The translations under genes were made by a program, and so were the position numbers. Under the pieces are notes generated by a model. The model was not told where the DNA came from. It did not search any database and saw only the letters and a program-made list of their open reading frames with translations. Source: Kiritimatiellia bacterium (GTDB lineage Bacteria; Verrucomicrobiota; Kiritimatiellia; RFP12; UBA1067). Taken from it: DNA of 64,000 bases. Shown here in pieces: positions 8,901 to 16,530 of this stretch. The DNA lies in NCBI GenBank assembly GCA_017454745.1, contig JAFTCL010000007.1, forward strand, positions 9,034 through 73,033, read 5' to 3'. Numbering within the stretch: position 1 is the first letter of the stretch; the number at the start of each line of letters is the position of its first letter.

Positions 8901-9458
8901 GTATGCGCCGGTATCTATCGGTCCCATGGTTTGCCACCCCGCTATCCACACGTGCAAAATCCATGACGCCACTTGATAGGAAAAAGTGCTTCCCCACGCC
9001 CCCGATGTCATTTCGTAAGGGGCGTGAAAAGTCAATGTGGCATTCGAGCCTTGAGCGTCAATTTCAAGCACATACTCCCGCGGGGCGACCGCGGTCTCCG
9101 CATGTGCGGCGATCGGCATCGCCGCGGCAATTACCATTGAAAACAAGGATGCAAAGGCGCATACCGAGTGGATGATGAGCTTTGCGCCCACACCGGCAAA
9201 TGCCTTTGCGCCACGACGCCAATCGCCGCGCACGGTTTTCCCCGATGGGTCTTCACCGCAATCAGCCATAGTTCCAGACGGTAAAAAAGCAGCCTCCTCC
9301 GCAATCGCGATATTACTGCGTCCTTCTGTCATGTGCTTTATGAATTGTCCATTCATTAGATTTCCCTTCCTTAACCAAATTCCAAGACCAGGCATGAGCA
9401 GATTTGCCAGCATGTCCGTGCCGCTATCCGCTTGCCGCAACTTCAGAAAAGCCTTCAA
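5919..9458 (-). CDS. DGR target protein: large secreted multi-domain protein with Big_2, tandem Listeria-Bacteroides (Flg_new) repeats and a C-terminal FGE-sulfatase/C-type-lectin-fold domain carrying the VR
   Basis: C-terminal ...FACRAGATTVYYWGDSMDGGYAWYGSNS...GNVWEWCLDWYGS...GSSSGSGRVERGGSWRSIADNCGSSNRSSGYPSDGYNNDGFRLV is a formylglycine-generating-enzyme-like lectin fold. A signal-peptide-like stretch (AKLIIHSVCAFASLFSMVIAAAMPIAAHA) sits about 65-95 aa into the ORF, so the true start may be internal (for example near 9269). Confidence 0.8.
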   Translation of the reverse strand: MKAFLKLRQADSGTDMLANLLMPGLGIWLRKGNLMNGQFIKHMTEGRSNIAIAEEAAFLPSGTMADCGEDPSGKTVRGDWRRGAKAFAGVGAKLIIHSVCAFASLFSMVIAAAMPIAAHAETAVAPREYVLEIDAQGSNATLTFHAPYEMTSGAWGSTFSYQVASWILHVWIAGWQTMGPIDTGAYAGTTAYEYKYGIALYDINAVLYGESEYNSAYLFDRGNGFQPIVITANCFENTGAERSWRAKLNTFGDYLTIKQAAGSSSSLTVSSIAISGASSVSSGGNAAYTCTATMSDGSTKSVSPSWSITSGSSYASINSSGKLTANSVSSLQSVTIKAEYGGKSITKSVTITASSGNGGISVSPQTRTIPASGGTGTIKISCDSSWTEEETVSGWGGSFWSWSTMPVTPFKGSFTASYEVAANTTPYEREVTITFTCGNSVQTHKFTQEAAQMPQLALSEALDNEFLEFSTSGDFPWYAQTAKSYDGVDAACCSMYSVSKCGQIETTVTGPGRLSFWWYISGKSHFDSLEFSVDGDNPLDPNYATGMFSDFEQRTFSISAGTHKIKWECKSTDSSYQSGLVSAYLDKVSWAPKVTLNMKSGSGGTEAVYAVCGSAMPSITPPTRTGYSFGGYYTSTDGYGTQYYTGSGASARMWDKTCGTTLYAKWTANTYNVALDRYGGSDGTSSVTATYGSAMPSITPPTRTGYSFGGYYTSTDGYGTQYYTGSGASARMWDKTSGTTLYAWWIEYITVSFSSNGGSSCSSQQYTVGGTYGSLPTPVKSGFTFAGWCSDSSLTTRVYATNTVSSSVATLYAKWDTVMIRNVTAKQRYPWNGKVDVTYTVVGDVTAGLPSGVMPFLSLTASNRVDGTTYAAAASALSGDTGTDEGSHHVVWDLNAQGLEINSDAVVFSVGYQHYEKYCVIDLSAGSGASSYPVSYLAEIPPGGWSDEYKTTKLVLRLIGPGSFKMRGSYDVTLTEPFYCGVFEVTQKQYMLVTGSNPSYFSGDTRPVEKVSYNSIRGSSAGSDWPSSSAVDSSSFMGKLRARTGLDFDLPTEAQWEFACRAGATTVYYWGDSMDGGYAWYGSNSSSGTQPVGTKNPNAWGLYDMSGNVWEWCLDWYGSLSSGVTDPKGSSSGSGRVERGGSWRSIADNCGSSNRSSGYPSDGYNNDGFRLVRTLSNNE
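5931..6074 (-). repeat. DGR variable repeat (VR) at the 3' end of the target gene, including the putative IMH end
   Basis: Pairs with TR 4113-4256. 11 of 15 TR Asn codons are altered in the VR (N to G/R/S/I/G/S/S/G/Y/D/Y), plus K to E and E to G, all by A-to-N changes. Confidence 0.85.
7244..7630. repeat. Intragenic tandem duplication (about 239-bp period, roughly 1.6 copies) encoding the Flg_new-type repeats of the DGR target
   Basis: Near-identical DNA at 7244-7390 and 7483-7630. These encode ...SAMPSITPPTRTGYSFGGYYTSTDGYGTQYYTGSGASARMWDKT.GTTLYA.W twice. Confidence 0.8.
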
Positions 9459-9916
9459 TCCAACTTAAACATCCGTTTCGACGGGTCGTCTGAAAGCTTC
9501 TCAATCAGCATATCCACCAATCTATCACCGGCTTCCGCATGAGCTACCGCCCCACTGTTGTTTCCTTTCACTTGACCTTTTGCGTCTATCAGACGATGGA
9601 GGACCGCCGACAGTCTTCTATCATAGGAATTCAGCAAAAATGACAATTCTCCCATCAGATTGCTTCTATATCTGTATGCCTCTATCAATTCCCAACATAC
9701 TCTGTAGTTTTTCCTGGCCGCACTATTGATACCCCATATAGTCATAAACGCCATGGCATAACACCCAAAGGTTATAAACAAACGAGTTGTTCCATCCGGC
9801 AGCTTAATGTCAAAATACCAGGCTTGTACAGCCGCTGCGACGCATATCAATATCAACAGCACATCCGTTGCAAGTTCAACAATCTTCCAAATCAACATGA
9901 TCGATGTACGCGGCAT
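9455..9916 (-). CDS. Hypothetical small membrane protein (two N-terminal TM helices)
   Basis: 153-aa ORF in markedly lower-GC DNA. Its stop overlaps the annotated start of the DGR target by 4 nt. No recognisable domain. Confidence 0.5.
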   Translation of the reverse strand: MPRTSIMLIWKIVELATDVLLILICVAAAVQAWYFDIKLPDGTTRLFITFGCYAMAFMTIWGINSAARKNYRVCWELIEAYRYRSNLMGELSFLLNSYDRRLSAVLHRLIDAKGQVKGNNSGAVAHAEAGDRLVDMLIEKLSDDPSKRMFKLD

Positions 9917-9935
9917 CTTTTATCCTCCATTCGGT

Positions 9936-11183
9936 TTAAACCCCGCCATAGCATTCTTTCCAGAATTTGCAAACACCGCATTGGCAATGGCGCGATTTGA
10001 AATCAAACGCCTTATCCTTAATGTCCTGAAACATTAATTCATGGGAACGCAGCTCTATACCGGGGTGGGGACCATAATCGACATTGTCCATAATCCACGC
10101 GTTTTCCAGAATCATTACCACTTCACGCGTACGGACGTAGTGAAGACCGTACTCAATGCTGTAGCGGCAGTAAAAAACAAGAAGCGAAGCCGCAATCAAC
10201 ACGGAGAAAGCCAATACCGTTCCGCTAGATTCAGGATTCGCCGGACATCGGCCCCTGTTTTCAAGTATCTTGATTTGGCATTTCGCCGATACTAACACTT
10301 CTCCGGAATTCTCGCGCACCGGACTTTCGCGATTGTCCATTACGCTGTGAATGACAGGCTGTCCCTGCCGACAATCGCAGTTTGCGTTTCCACATATATT
10401 GAAGGCGGCAATTACAGCCGCTACAAAAAATGACAACAATAAAACCCTGAAGATAAATGTCAAGACATACCAAAGCGAACACAACATTCGGATATGGCAT
10501 TCGTTACGCACCATGTCAAGGATCAGATTGGTGTGCCCGGAACTTCTTAAACGTTGCTTGATAATGTTTATGTACGTCTTGCTGCAAACCCCCTTCTGGT
10601 ATTCTTTCTTGAAGTGCATGCCGCCGCTTCCTTCGCACCAAGGCACATAATCGGCCAGTTTTTGCAAACCTCGGCAACACAAATACTTTCTCATTGACGG
10701 GTAAGGGTAATCGATGCTTGTTCCCGCTTTTCGCAATATCCAATGTTCACGGTCCAGCCAAAAACGCAAACGCCCGAACAGTCCGGACGGGATTGCGCAG
10801 TTTTGGGTGAAAGAAACCGCAAGTCTGCCAACCTCGTCGGGCGAAGAACCGTTTTTGGTCAACAACCATTGATGGTGGGAGGAAATCGTATCCGGAGTCT
10901 TGGGAGACCGCCTATAGGCTATGGCCCCGGCCACATAAGACAAAGCAAGGAAAATAAACATGCCTCCAGCAGTGCTGCAAGTCAACCGCAACACTTCTTT
11001 AATCAAATCTTTATTCGGCATCGCATAGTAGCAAAGGCCAAAAGCGATTAAGAACAAACCGGCAACCGCGATTATGCCCGGAATCAACGTTCCGAAGAAT
11101 TCGATATAAAAATTCTGGACGAGAGACAGAGTCCCCCATATATTGTCAAACAAACTGCTTCTAGAATCTCTAGATTTGGACAT
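9936..11183 (-). CDS. Hypothetical Cys-rich polytopic membrane protein
   Basis: 415-aa ORF in lower-GC DNA with multiple hydrophobic segments and many Cys (CCRG, CDCRQG, HCQCGVCKFWKECYGG). No recognisable family. Confidence 0.5.
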   Translation of the reverse strand: MSKSRDSRSSLFDNIWGTLSLVQNFYIEFFGTLIPGIIAVAGLFLIAFGLCYYAMPNKDLIKEVLRLTCSTAGGMFIFLALSYVAGAIAYRRSPKTPDTISSHHQWLLTKNGSSPDEVGRLAVSFTQNCAIPSGLFGRLRFWLDREHWILRKAGTSIDYPYPSMRKYLCCRGLQKLADYVPWCEGSGGMHFKKEYQKGVCSKTYINIIKQRLRSSGHTNLILDMVRNECHIRMLCSLWYVLTFIFRVLLLSFFVAAVIAAFNICGNANCDCRQGQPVIHSVMDNRESPVRENSGEVLVSAKCQIKILENRGRCPANPESSGTVLAFSVLIAASLLVFYCRYSIEYGLHYVRTREVVMILENAWIMDNVDYGPHPGIELRSHELMFQDIKDKAFDFKSRHCQCGVCKFWKECYGGV

Positions 11184-11460
11184 TCAATGTCTCCATCAAC
11201 AATTCAGAGTGTTTATTGAAATGTGCTGGATAGAGGAGACCCGCATCCCGGATTCGCCGACGCGACTTCCTCCGCGCCAAACCGTACGCGCCAATTTCCC
11301 GCATACGAATGTTTATCGAGTGCGTTTTTCGCCGTCATGGATCCGTCCCTTCCTTAATTTGCAGGTCATGGATAGCACATCCGCCTGTTCAACTGCCAGA
11401 AAATCCGATTACCGGAGGGAGGGGGAAATTGACACCTCCTCCGATGCATCACGGATAGGT

Positions 11461-11559
11461 GCCTAGGACGGACCTCTAAAAGATACATCGAAGGAGGCGA
11501 GACTGCACGTGACAAGGCAGTGCCTCTTTGATGCGTCTTTTAGAATAAGTTTCCTAGGC
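11461..11559. other. Long imperfect hairpin (about 25-bp stem, 23-nt loop) in a 600-bp intergenic region; possible structured RNA or regulatory element
   Basis: gcctaggacggacc-tctaaaagatacatcgaaggaggc-[gagactgcacgtgacaaggcagt]-gcctctttgatgcgtcttttaga-ataagtttcctaggc. The arms are reverse-complementary apart from a few mismatches or wobble pairs. A second hairpin ccggagggaggg...cctcctccg sits at 11411-11445. Confidence 0.35.
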
Positions 11560-11760
11560 TTTATCCGTGACGCGCCCTAACGCGGGTTCTAGCCCGCGCG
11601 GGAAATCTGTTTGTCACATTTCCCAAAACGGCCTTATCCGTCTAAGGAAAAGAACATATAAATGTTACCATATTTGCCATTTATTTGCAATATTGAAATA
11701 ACCGCCATCCGCGTTTTTGTGACGCGAATCAACCAAGGGGATTTGTTCGCGGCTGACGCC

Positions 11761-11802
11761 GTTAGGAGAGGTTGAAGCCCGACGGCAGGACGCGCGTCAT
11801 GC
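11761..11802 (+). repeat. 42-bp exact direct repeat, copy 2
   Basis: Identical to 2126-2167. It overlaps the stop codon (11797-11799) and last codons of the 11797-12204 gene. Confidence 0.9.
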
Positions 11803-12204
11803 GCGTTTAGAGGGATCCGGGCGGCGGGCGAGGAATCGGGCAATCATTTCAGCAAGCGCTAGGTATTGAAGACTGCCCAAGACTCCGAAGAACAGAATCG
11901 GGAAGAGAACCTCTCTCAACAAAAAGGAGCGTAACAGCATGATTGCCGGCAGTTGCAGGAGCGACGAGGGTAAATCCGCAATATCGAACCAGAGCCAGCC
12001 CAGCAATGCTTCACTGGGTCCGAGTTTAAGCATATCCGCCTCAATCGTCCAGGCGACAATCAGTACAGCGGCGAGATGGATGCCGCCAACTGCGATAGCC
12101 GTGCGGGAAAAACGGAACTTGTTACGAAGCAAAAGGCTTGCCGCAACAAACAATCCGGTCGCAATGATAGATGTTATAAGAACCAAAGCGGTACGCAGCG
12201 GCAT
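11797..12204 (-). CDS. Hypothetical membrane protein
   Basis: 135 aa with 3-4 predicted TM helices. No recognisable domain. Confidence 0.45.
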   Translation of the reverse strand: MPLRTALVLITSIIATGLFVAASLLLRNKFRFSRTAIAVGGIHLAAVLIVAWTIEADMLKLGPSEALLGWLWFDIADLPSSLLQLPAIMLLRSFLLREVLFPILFFGVLGSLQYLALAEMIARFLARRPDPSKRA

Positions 12205-12242
12205 GGCGGCAACCCATTAGGAACGCGGCCCAGACGGCGGAT

Positions 12243-14417
12243 TTAGTTTTTGACACTGGCGTCCGCCATGGCGCCGTTTACCTTCACCTTGACCTTCTTG
12301 GCGGCACCGTGCAACTGGTAGTCCGTGACTTTGCCGTCTTTCCAGGCGAAATCGACCGTAATGCCGCCGCGCGCCCGCAGGCCGGACACCTGACCGTTTT
12401 CCCAGCCCGGCATCACCACCGGCAAAATATTGACGAAACCCTCATGCGACTGCACCAGCGACTCGGCAACCGCCCCCACTATTCCCAGATTGCCGTCAAT
12501 CTGGAACGGCGGATGGGTGGTGAAAAGATTCGGCATGGTGTTGTATTGCAACAGCGATTCAACCATCCGACCGGTTTTTTCGCCGTTTCCAAGCCGCGCC
12601 CACATTGCGGCCCGCCACGGCCAAGTCCACGACCGGCGGGCATCGCCGGTTAAAGCGCGGCCTTCCAAAGCGACCGCCGCCGCCTTGGCAAATTCCGGGG
12701 TTTTGCTAAGGGTAATCTCATCGCCCGGATACACCGCAAAGAGATGCGAGGTGTGACGGTGGGTGTCGCCCTTGACATCCCGGTCGGTTTCCCACTCCTG
12801 CAACTGTCCCCACTTGCCGATTTTGTTGCCAAGCAGTCTGCCTTTAACGCGGCGCACTTCTTCGACAAACTTAGCCGAATCTTTCACCACCGGCTGGCAG
12901 GCCAAGATGTCGGCGAAAATCTGCGAGTATATCTGCTGGTCATGGGCAACGCCGTCCTCACGCGGCCCATGTTCCGGCGACCAGCCGTTCGGCACCACCA
13001 TCGTCCCGTCGGGACGCTCCTTGATGTGGGTGAGGCAAAACAGCGCCGCGCCCTTCAACAGCGGATAACCGGTTTGCTTCAGGAAATCCTCGTCCAGCGT
13101 AAAGGCGTAATGCTCGTAGGCGTGATGCGCGGTCCAAGCCGCGCCAGGCAGATTCCAACGCCAGCCCATGCCGCCGAAAATATTCGCGCTGGTACGGTAG
13201 GCGAACCCCTGGCTGTCCGGGAACGCCTTCCTCGTCTCCGTCTCCGCCAACGGCGCGAGCGCTTTCATCCAATCGAAAAGCGGCAGATGCATTTCCGGAA
13301 GGTTGGCCGTCTCCGCGCCCCAGTAATTCATCTGGATATTGATGTTGGTGTGGTAGTCGCAATGCCAGGCGGGATGGTTGGAGTTGTTCCAGATTCCCTG
13401 GAGGTTGGCGGGAAGCGACCCCGGCCAGCTGCTGCAAATCAACAGATAACGACCATACTGGAACAGCAGCCGCGCCAAATCCGGATCCCGCTGACCTTGA
13501 CGGCAACGGGCCACCCGTTCCGCCGTAGCTAATTTTTCCAAAGCCGGATCGGTGTTGTCCAGCCGGAGTTGCAAACGGCTGAAATAACGCGAATACGCGT
13601 TTTGGTGGTCGGCCAGCAAGCGGTCATACCCTTTGCTTTGCGCGGCGGACAGGCATGGCTGCAAATCGCCGCTCCATTCAGGGTTGACAAAATCCGGCTT
13701 GCCGCTGTCATAGTTGCTGTCCGCCGTGAAAAGCGCCAGCAAACCGGTACAACCTGAAAATTTGATGCCGCCGTCTTCGGCAACAGTGTCTCCGCTCAAC
13801 GCAACCAGCCGCAGTCTGGCGGCATATTTCAAACGGTTGGGGAACCCGCCGGAAAATTCCGCATCGGAATACCCGTTACCACGCTCGTATTTCGTGCGTT
13901 CCCCGTTCGCGCCGTTCAGCCGCAACTCGCCTGAAACCGCTTTGCCGAAATTCACGCGACAGACCAAAACCCGGTCCGGCGAAGAAACAAAGGCGAGGCA
14001 ATCGCCGTCCGCACCGCCCCGGCGGTATTTTACCGTTTCCACGGCGCGGGACAAATCCAGAACCCGGCGATACCCCTCGACCTGCCCGGTCTCGCCGTCA
14101 ACGCGGATGGAGAACTCGCCCAAGTTGCGGTACTCGCCCATCGTTTTGTAATTGCTGTCGGCCACCGAATCCGATGCGCTGCCGTTCAGATTGGCATCAC
14201 CGGTCCATAGCGAATCAAGGTTTACCTGCACATTAAGATTGGTAACGCCGCCGTTGCCCATCGCACCGATACGGCCGTTTCCCAACGGATAGCGCTCCGA
14301 GTCCCAACGGTTCGCCGGACGGTCGGAAAATATTTCCAGACCGGAACCGGCAAAAACCGAAAGCGCTGCAAACGAAAGACACAGCGATATGAAGCCACGT
14401 TTCATAATAATCCCCAT
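12243..14417 (-). CDS. Glycoside hydrolase family 95 (alpha-L-fucosidase-like), secreted
   Basis: Signal peptide. N-terminal RYPLGNGRIGAM...LWTGD and central WHCDYHTNINIQMNYW motifs are typical of GH95. Confidence 0.8.
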   Translation of the reverse strand: MGIIMKRGFISLCLSFAALSVFAGSGLEIFSDRPANRWDSERYPLGNGRIGAMGNGGVTNLNVQVNLDSLWTGDANLNGSASDSVADSNYKTMGEYRNLGEFSIRVDGETGQVEGYRRVLDLSRAVETVKYRRGGADGDCLAFVSSPDRVLVCRVNFGKAVSGELRLNGANGERTKYERGNGYSDAEFSGGFPNRLKYAARLRLVALSGDTVAEDGGIKFSGCTGLLALFTADSNYDSGKPDFVNPEWSGDLQPCLSAAQSKGYDRLLADHQNAYSRYFSRLQLRLDNTDPALEKLATAERVARCRQGQRDPDLARLLFQYGRYLLICSSWPGSLPANLQGIWNNSNHPAWHCDYHTNINIQMNYWGAETANLPEMHLPLFDWMKALAPLAETETRKAFPDSQGFAYRTSANIFGGMGWRWNLPGAAWTAHHAYEHYAFTLDEDFLKQTGYPLLKGAALFCLTHIKERPDGTMVVPNGWSPEHGPREDGVAHDQQIYSQIFADILACQPVVKDSAKFVEEVRRVKGRLLGNKIGKWGQLQEWETDRDVKGDTHRHTSHLFAVYPGDEITLSKTPEFAKAAAVALEGRALTGDARRSWTWPWRAAMWARLGNGEKTGRMVESLLQYNTMPNLFTTHPPFQIDGNLGIVGAVAESLVQSHEGFVNILPVVMPGWENGQVSGLRARGGITVDFAWKDGKVTDYQLHGAAKKVKVKVNGAMADASVKN

Positions 14418-14453
14418 TTTGCGGCGGAACGCCGCGTTATTAAAACAAAAATC

Positions 14454-15455
14454 CTATTGCGCGCCTCCGCGGCGCAACTCGTCCAGCTGACGCAAATACT
14501 CGCAATCGCGCTCGTTGGATTCGGTAAGCAACTCGGCGAACGCCTGCTCCAACTCTTTTTTGCCGGCCAACGCCTCGTCCAAACGCCGAGTCAATTCGGC
14601 ATTGGTCTTCGCCAAACCGTTGGCATTGCTTTCATTATCCGAAAGCGATTGCCGCAAACGGTCCAACTCGGCAGACAACCGTTTTACCTCGCCGGTGGCG
14701 GCTGCCGCCTTTGACTCCGCGGCGTCCTGCCGCTGACGGGATTGCTGCAATTCCGCCTGAAGCGCTTTCTGCGCCTCGGATAAAATCGACAGTTCATTGT
14801 CCTGCCTGAAAGCGTCTTCCAGTCGGGCCTCAAGTTTTGACACCTGCTGACGCTCGGCTTCCAATTTACGATTAAGGTTGCGGATATCTTTTTCCGCGTT
14901 GCGAAGCATAGTTTCGCTCTGCTGTTTAACGTTTTTCAATTCCGTCGACAGTTCGTCCCGCTCCTTGGACAGAGTAACCATGTCTTGGTCGGAATTAATT
15001 TTGCTGATGCGCTTTCGCAGGCTGACGACCATGTCCTCCAGTTCCTGAACCCGCTTACGTAACTGCTCACACTCTTGGTTGTCGCCGGTTGAAGATCCGC
15101 CTGGTGCGGACGCAGAGCGGGACTCCGGCACCGGCTCGACATCATCCATGGAAACGATCTGCGCGCCTTCCGCCACCCGTCCGCTCTTCAGCAAAAACTC
15201 GGCGGCCTTGCGGTTAAGCGGTCCGCGCAATTCGCCCTGACCGTCATCCACAAACCACCGCATTTCCAAGAAATCCACCAGCGCGGCGGCAGTCCATTTC
15301 TTTTTGTCTTGGGAAACCTCATGGCTGGGCAACACCCGCCCCTGCTCTGCCCACAGCAGCAAACCGTCACGGGTGACCGGACCGAAAACCGATCCGTCAA
15401 TACGCAAAAACCATTGGCTGGAATCCGCCGTCCGCGGCTTATTGTTGGCCATCAC
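14454..15455 (-). CDS. Coiled-coil protein with N-terminal GYF-like/DUF4339-type domains
   Basis: N-terminal repeats WFLRIDGSVFGPV...LLLW...G and WFVDDGQGELRGPL, followed by about 200 aa of heptad-rich coiled coil (EQ-rich). Confidence 0.55.
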   Translation of the reverse strand: MMANNKPRTADSSQWFLRIDGSVFGPVTRDGLLLWAEQGRVLPSHEVSQDKKKWTAAALVDFLEMRWFVDDGQGELRGPLNRKAAEFLLKSGRVAEGAQIVSMDDVEPVPESRSASAPGGSSTGDNQECEQLRKRVQELEDMVVSLRKRISKINSDQDMVTLSKERDELSTELKNVKQQSETMLRNAEKDIRNLNRKLEAERQQVSKLEARLEDAFRQDNELSILSEAQKALQAELQQSRQRQDAAESKAAAATGEVKRLSAELDRLRQSLSDNESNANGLAKTNAELTRRLDEALAGKKELEQAFAELLTESNERDCEYLRQLDELRRGGAQ

Positions 15456-16527
15456 CGCCTACCCGACTATTCTTGCCCAATTGCGACAGCTCCCACTGCA
15501 ACTGCTGCTCCAAAGCGGCCATCGAGACCCCTGCCCCGTTACGAAAACCGAAACCGCCGGCGGAAGCGCCGCCGGTATCGCGGGGTTCGGGTTCCGCTTC
15601 AACAATCTCCGGCTCCAACACCTCGATGTCGGATTCAGAAACCTTACGCGTCCGGAATGACGTTTTGGCGGCCTGGAGCTGATCTTGGAGTTCAGAGACC
15701 AGCGCAGTCAGACGTTGCGCCTCGTCACGCGACTGCGTGACCGACTCTTCGAGCTGGGAAATCCGCCTTTGGTCAACTTCGTTCTGATGACGCAGCCGGT
15801 AAACCTCCGGCTCAAACTCCTGCAACTTGGCCTGGGTTTCCTGCTGCAACTTTATCGCACGGTCGCGGACCGCCTCGGCGTCAGTCACCTGACGGGAAAG
15901 CTTCTCTTCCCGCACCGCAGCTTCAGACTGTTCGCGCACCAAACGTTCCCGCAACGAAACCTGAGCGTTCTCGGCTTCCTTAAGCCGGGTTGCCTGCTCT
16001 TCCAACTGACCGGAAAATTTCGATTCGCGTTCCGCGAAGCCGCTTTTAAGGTTTCGCACGATGGTTTCGTATTCGTTGACCGTTGCGGCCTGCTTATGTT
16101 CAGCCGTCTCCAAAGCGGCGCTGATCCGCCCCAGCTTGTCATCCAAATCATGCAACCGGGTCAGCCAGCGCCCCTCTTTTTCGGCGTACATCGCCGCCGC
16201 TTTTTCGAAACGAGCCTCGCGGTCGCTATTCAAAAGCGACCGCGTGTAAAGCGGCGTGTCGGCCGGCAAACCGCCGTTCTGCAACAGCTCTTGCACCGCA
16301 TCATGGTGGATCGGGCCGTAAAAACGGCCGCCGGGCAGTTCCGCCACCCATTCCATCTTGAGATCCGGATTGAGCGCGGCACGCGACCAGATCTGCCGGT
16401 CCTGAGAGATTTCGCTCTCAGGACCAAGCCGCCCGTCGCGGACCCACTCCAGCAACCCGTCCCAAGTTACCGGCCCGAAATAGGAATTCGAATCATTCCG
16501 GACCCACCAATGCGGAGTTTCGGACAT
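15439..16527 (-). CDS. Coiled-coil protein with N-terminal GYF-like/DUF4339-type domains (paralog of the adjacent gene)
   Basis: WWVRNDSNSYFGPVTWDGLLEW and WVAELPGGRFYGPIHHDAVQELL motifs followed by a long coiled coil. It overlaps the downstream paralog by 17 nt. Confidence 0.55.
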   Translation of the reverse strand: MSETPHWWVRNDSNSYFGPVTWDGLLEWVRDGRLGPESEISQDRQIWSRAALNPDLKMEWVAELPGGRFYGPIHHDAVQELLQNGGLPADTPLYTRSLLNSDREARFEKAAAMYAEKEGRWLTRLHDLDDKLGRISAALETAEHKQAATVNEYETIVRNLKSGFAERESKFSGQLEEQATRLKEAENAQVSLRERLVREQSEAAVREEKLSRQVTDAEAVRDRAIKLQQETQAKLQEFEPEVYRLRHQNEVDQRRISQLEESVTQSRDEAQRLTALVSELQDQLQAAKTSFRTRKVSESDIEVLEPEIVEAEPEPRDTGGASAGGFGFRNGAGVSMAALEQQLQWELSQLGKNSRVGGDGQQ

Positions 16528-16530
16528 AGC

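Noticed and set aside
11340-11640. Retron msr/msd non-coding RNA (long msd-like hairpin).
   Set aside because: No retron-type RT or effector gene is adjacent. The only RT in the window is DGR-type and 6 kb away. Kept only as an unclassified structured element.
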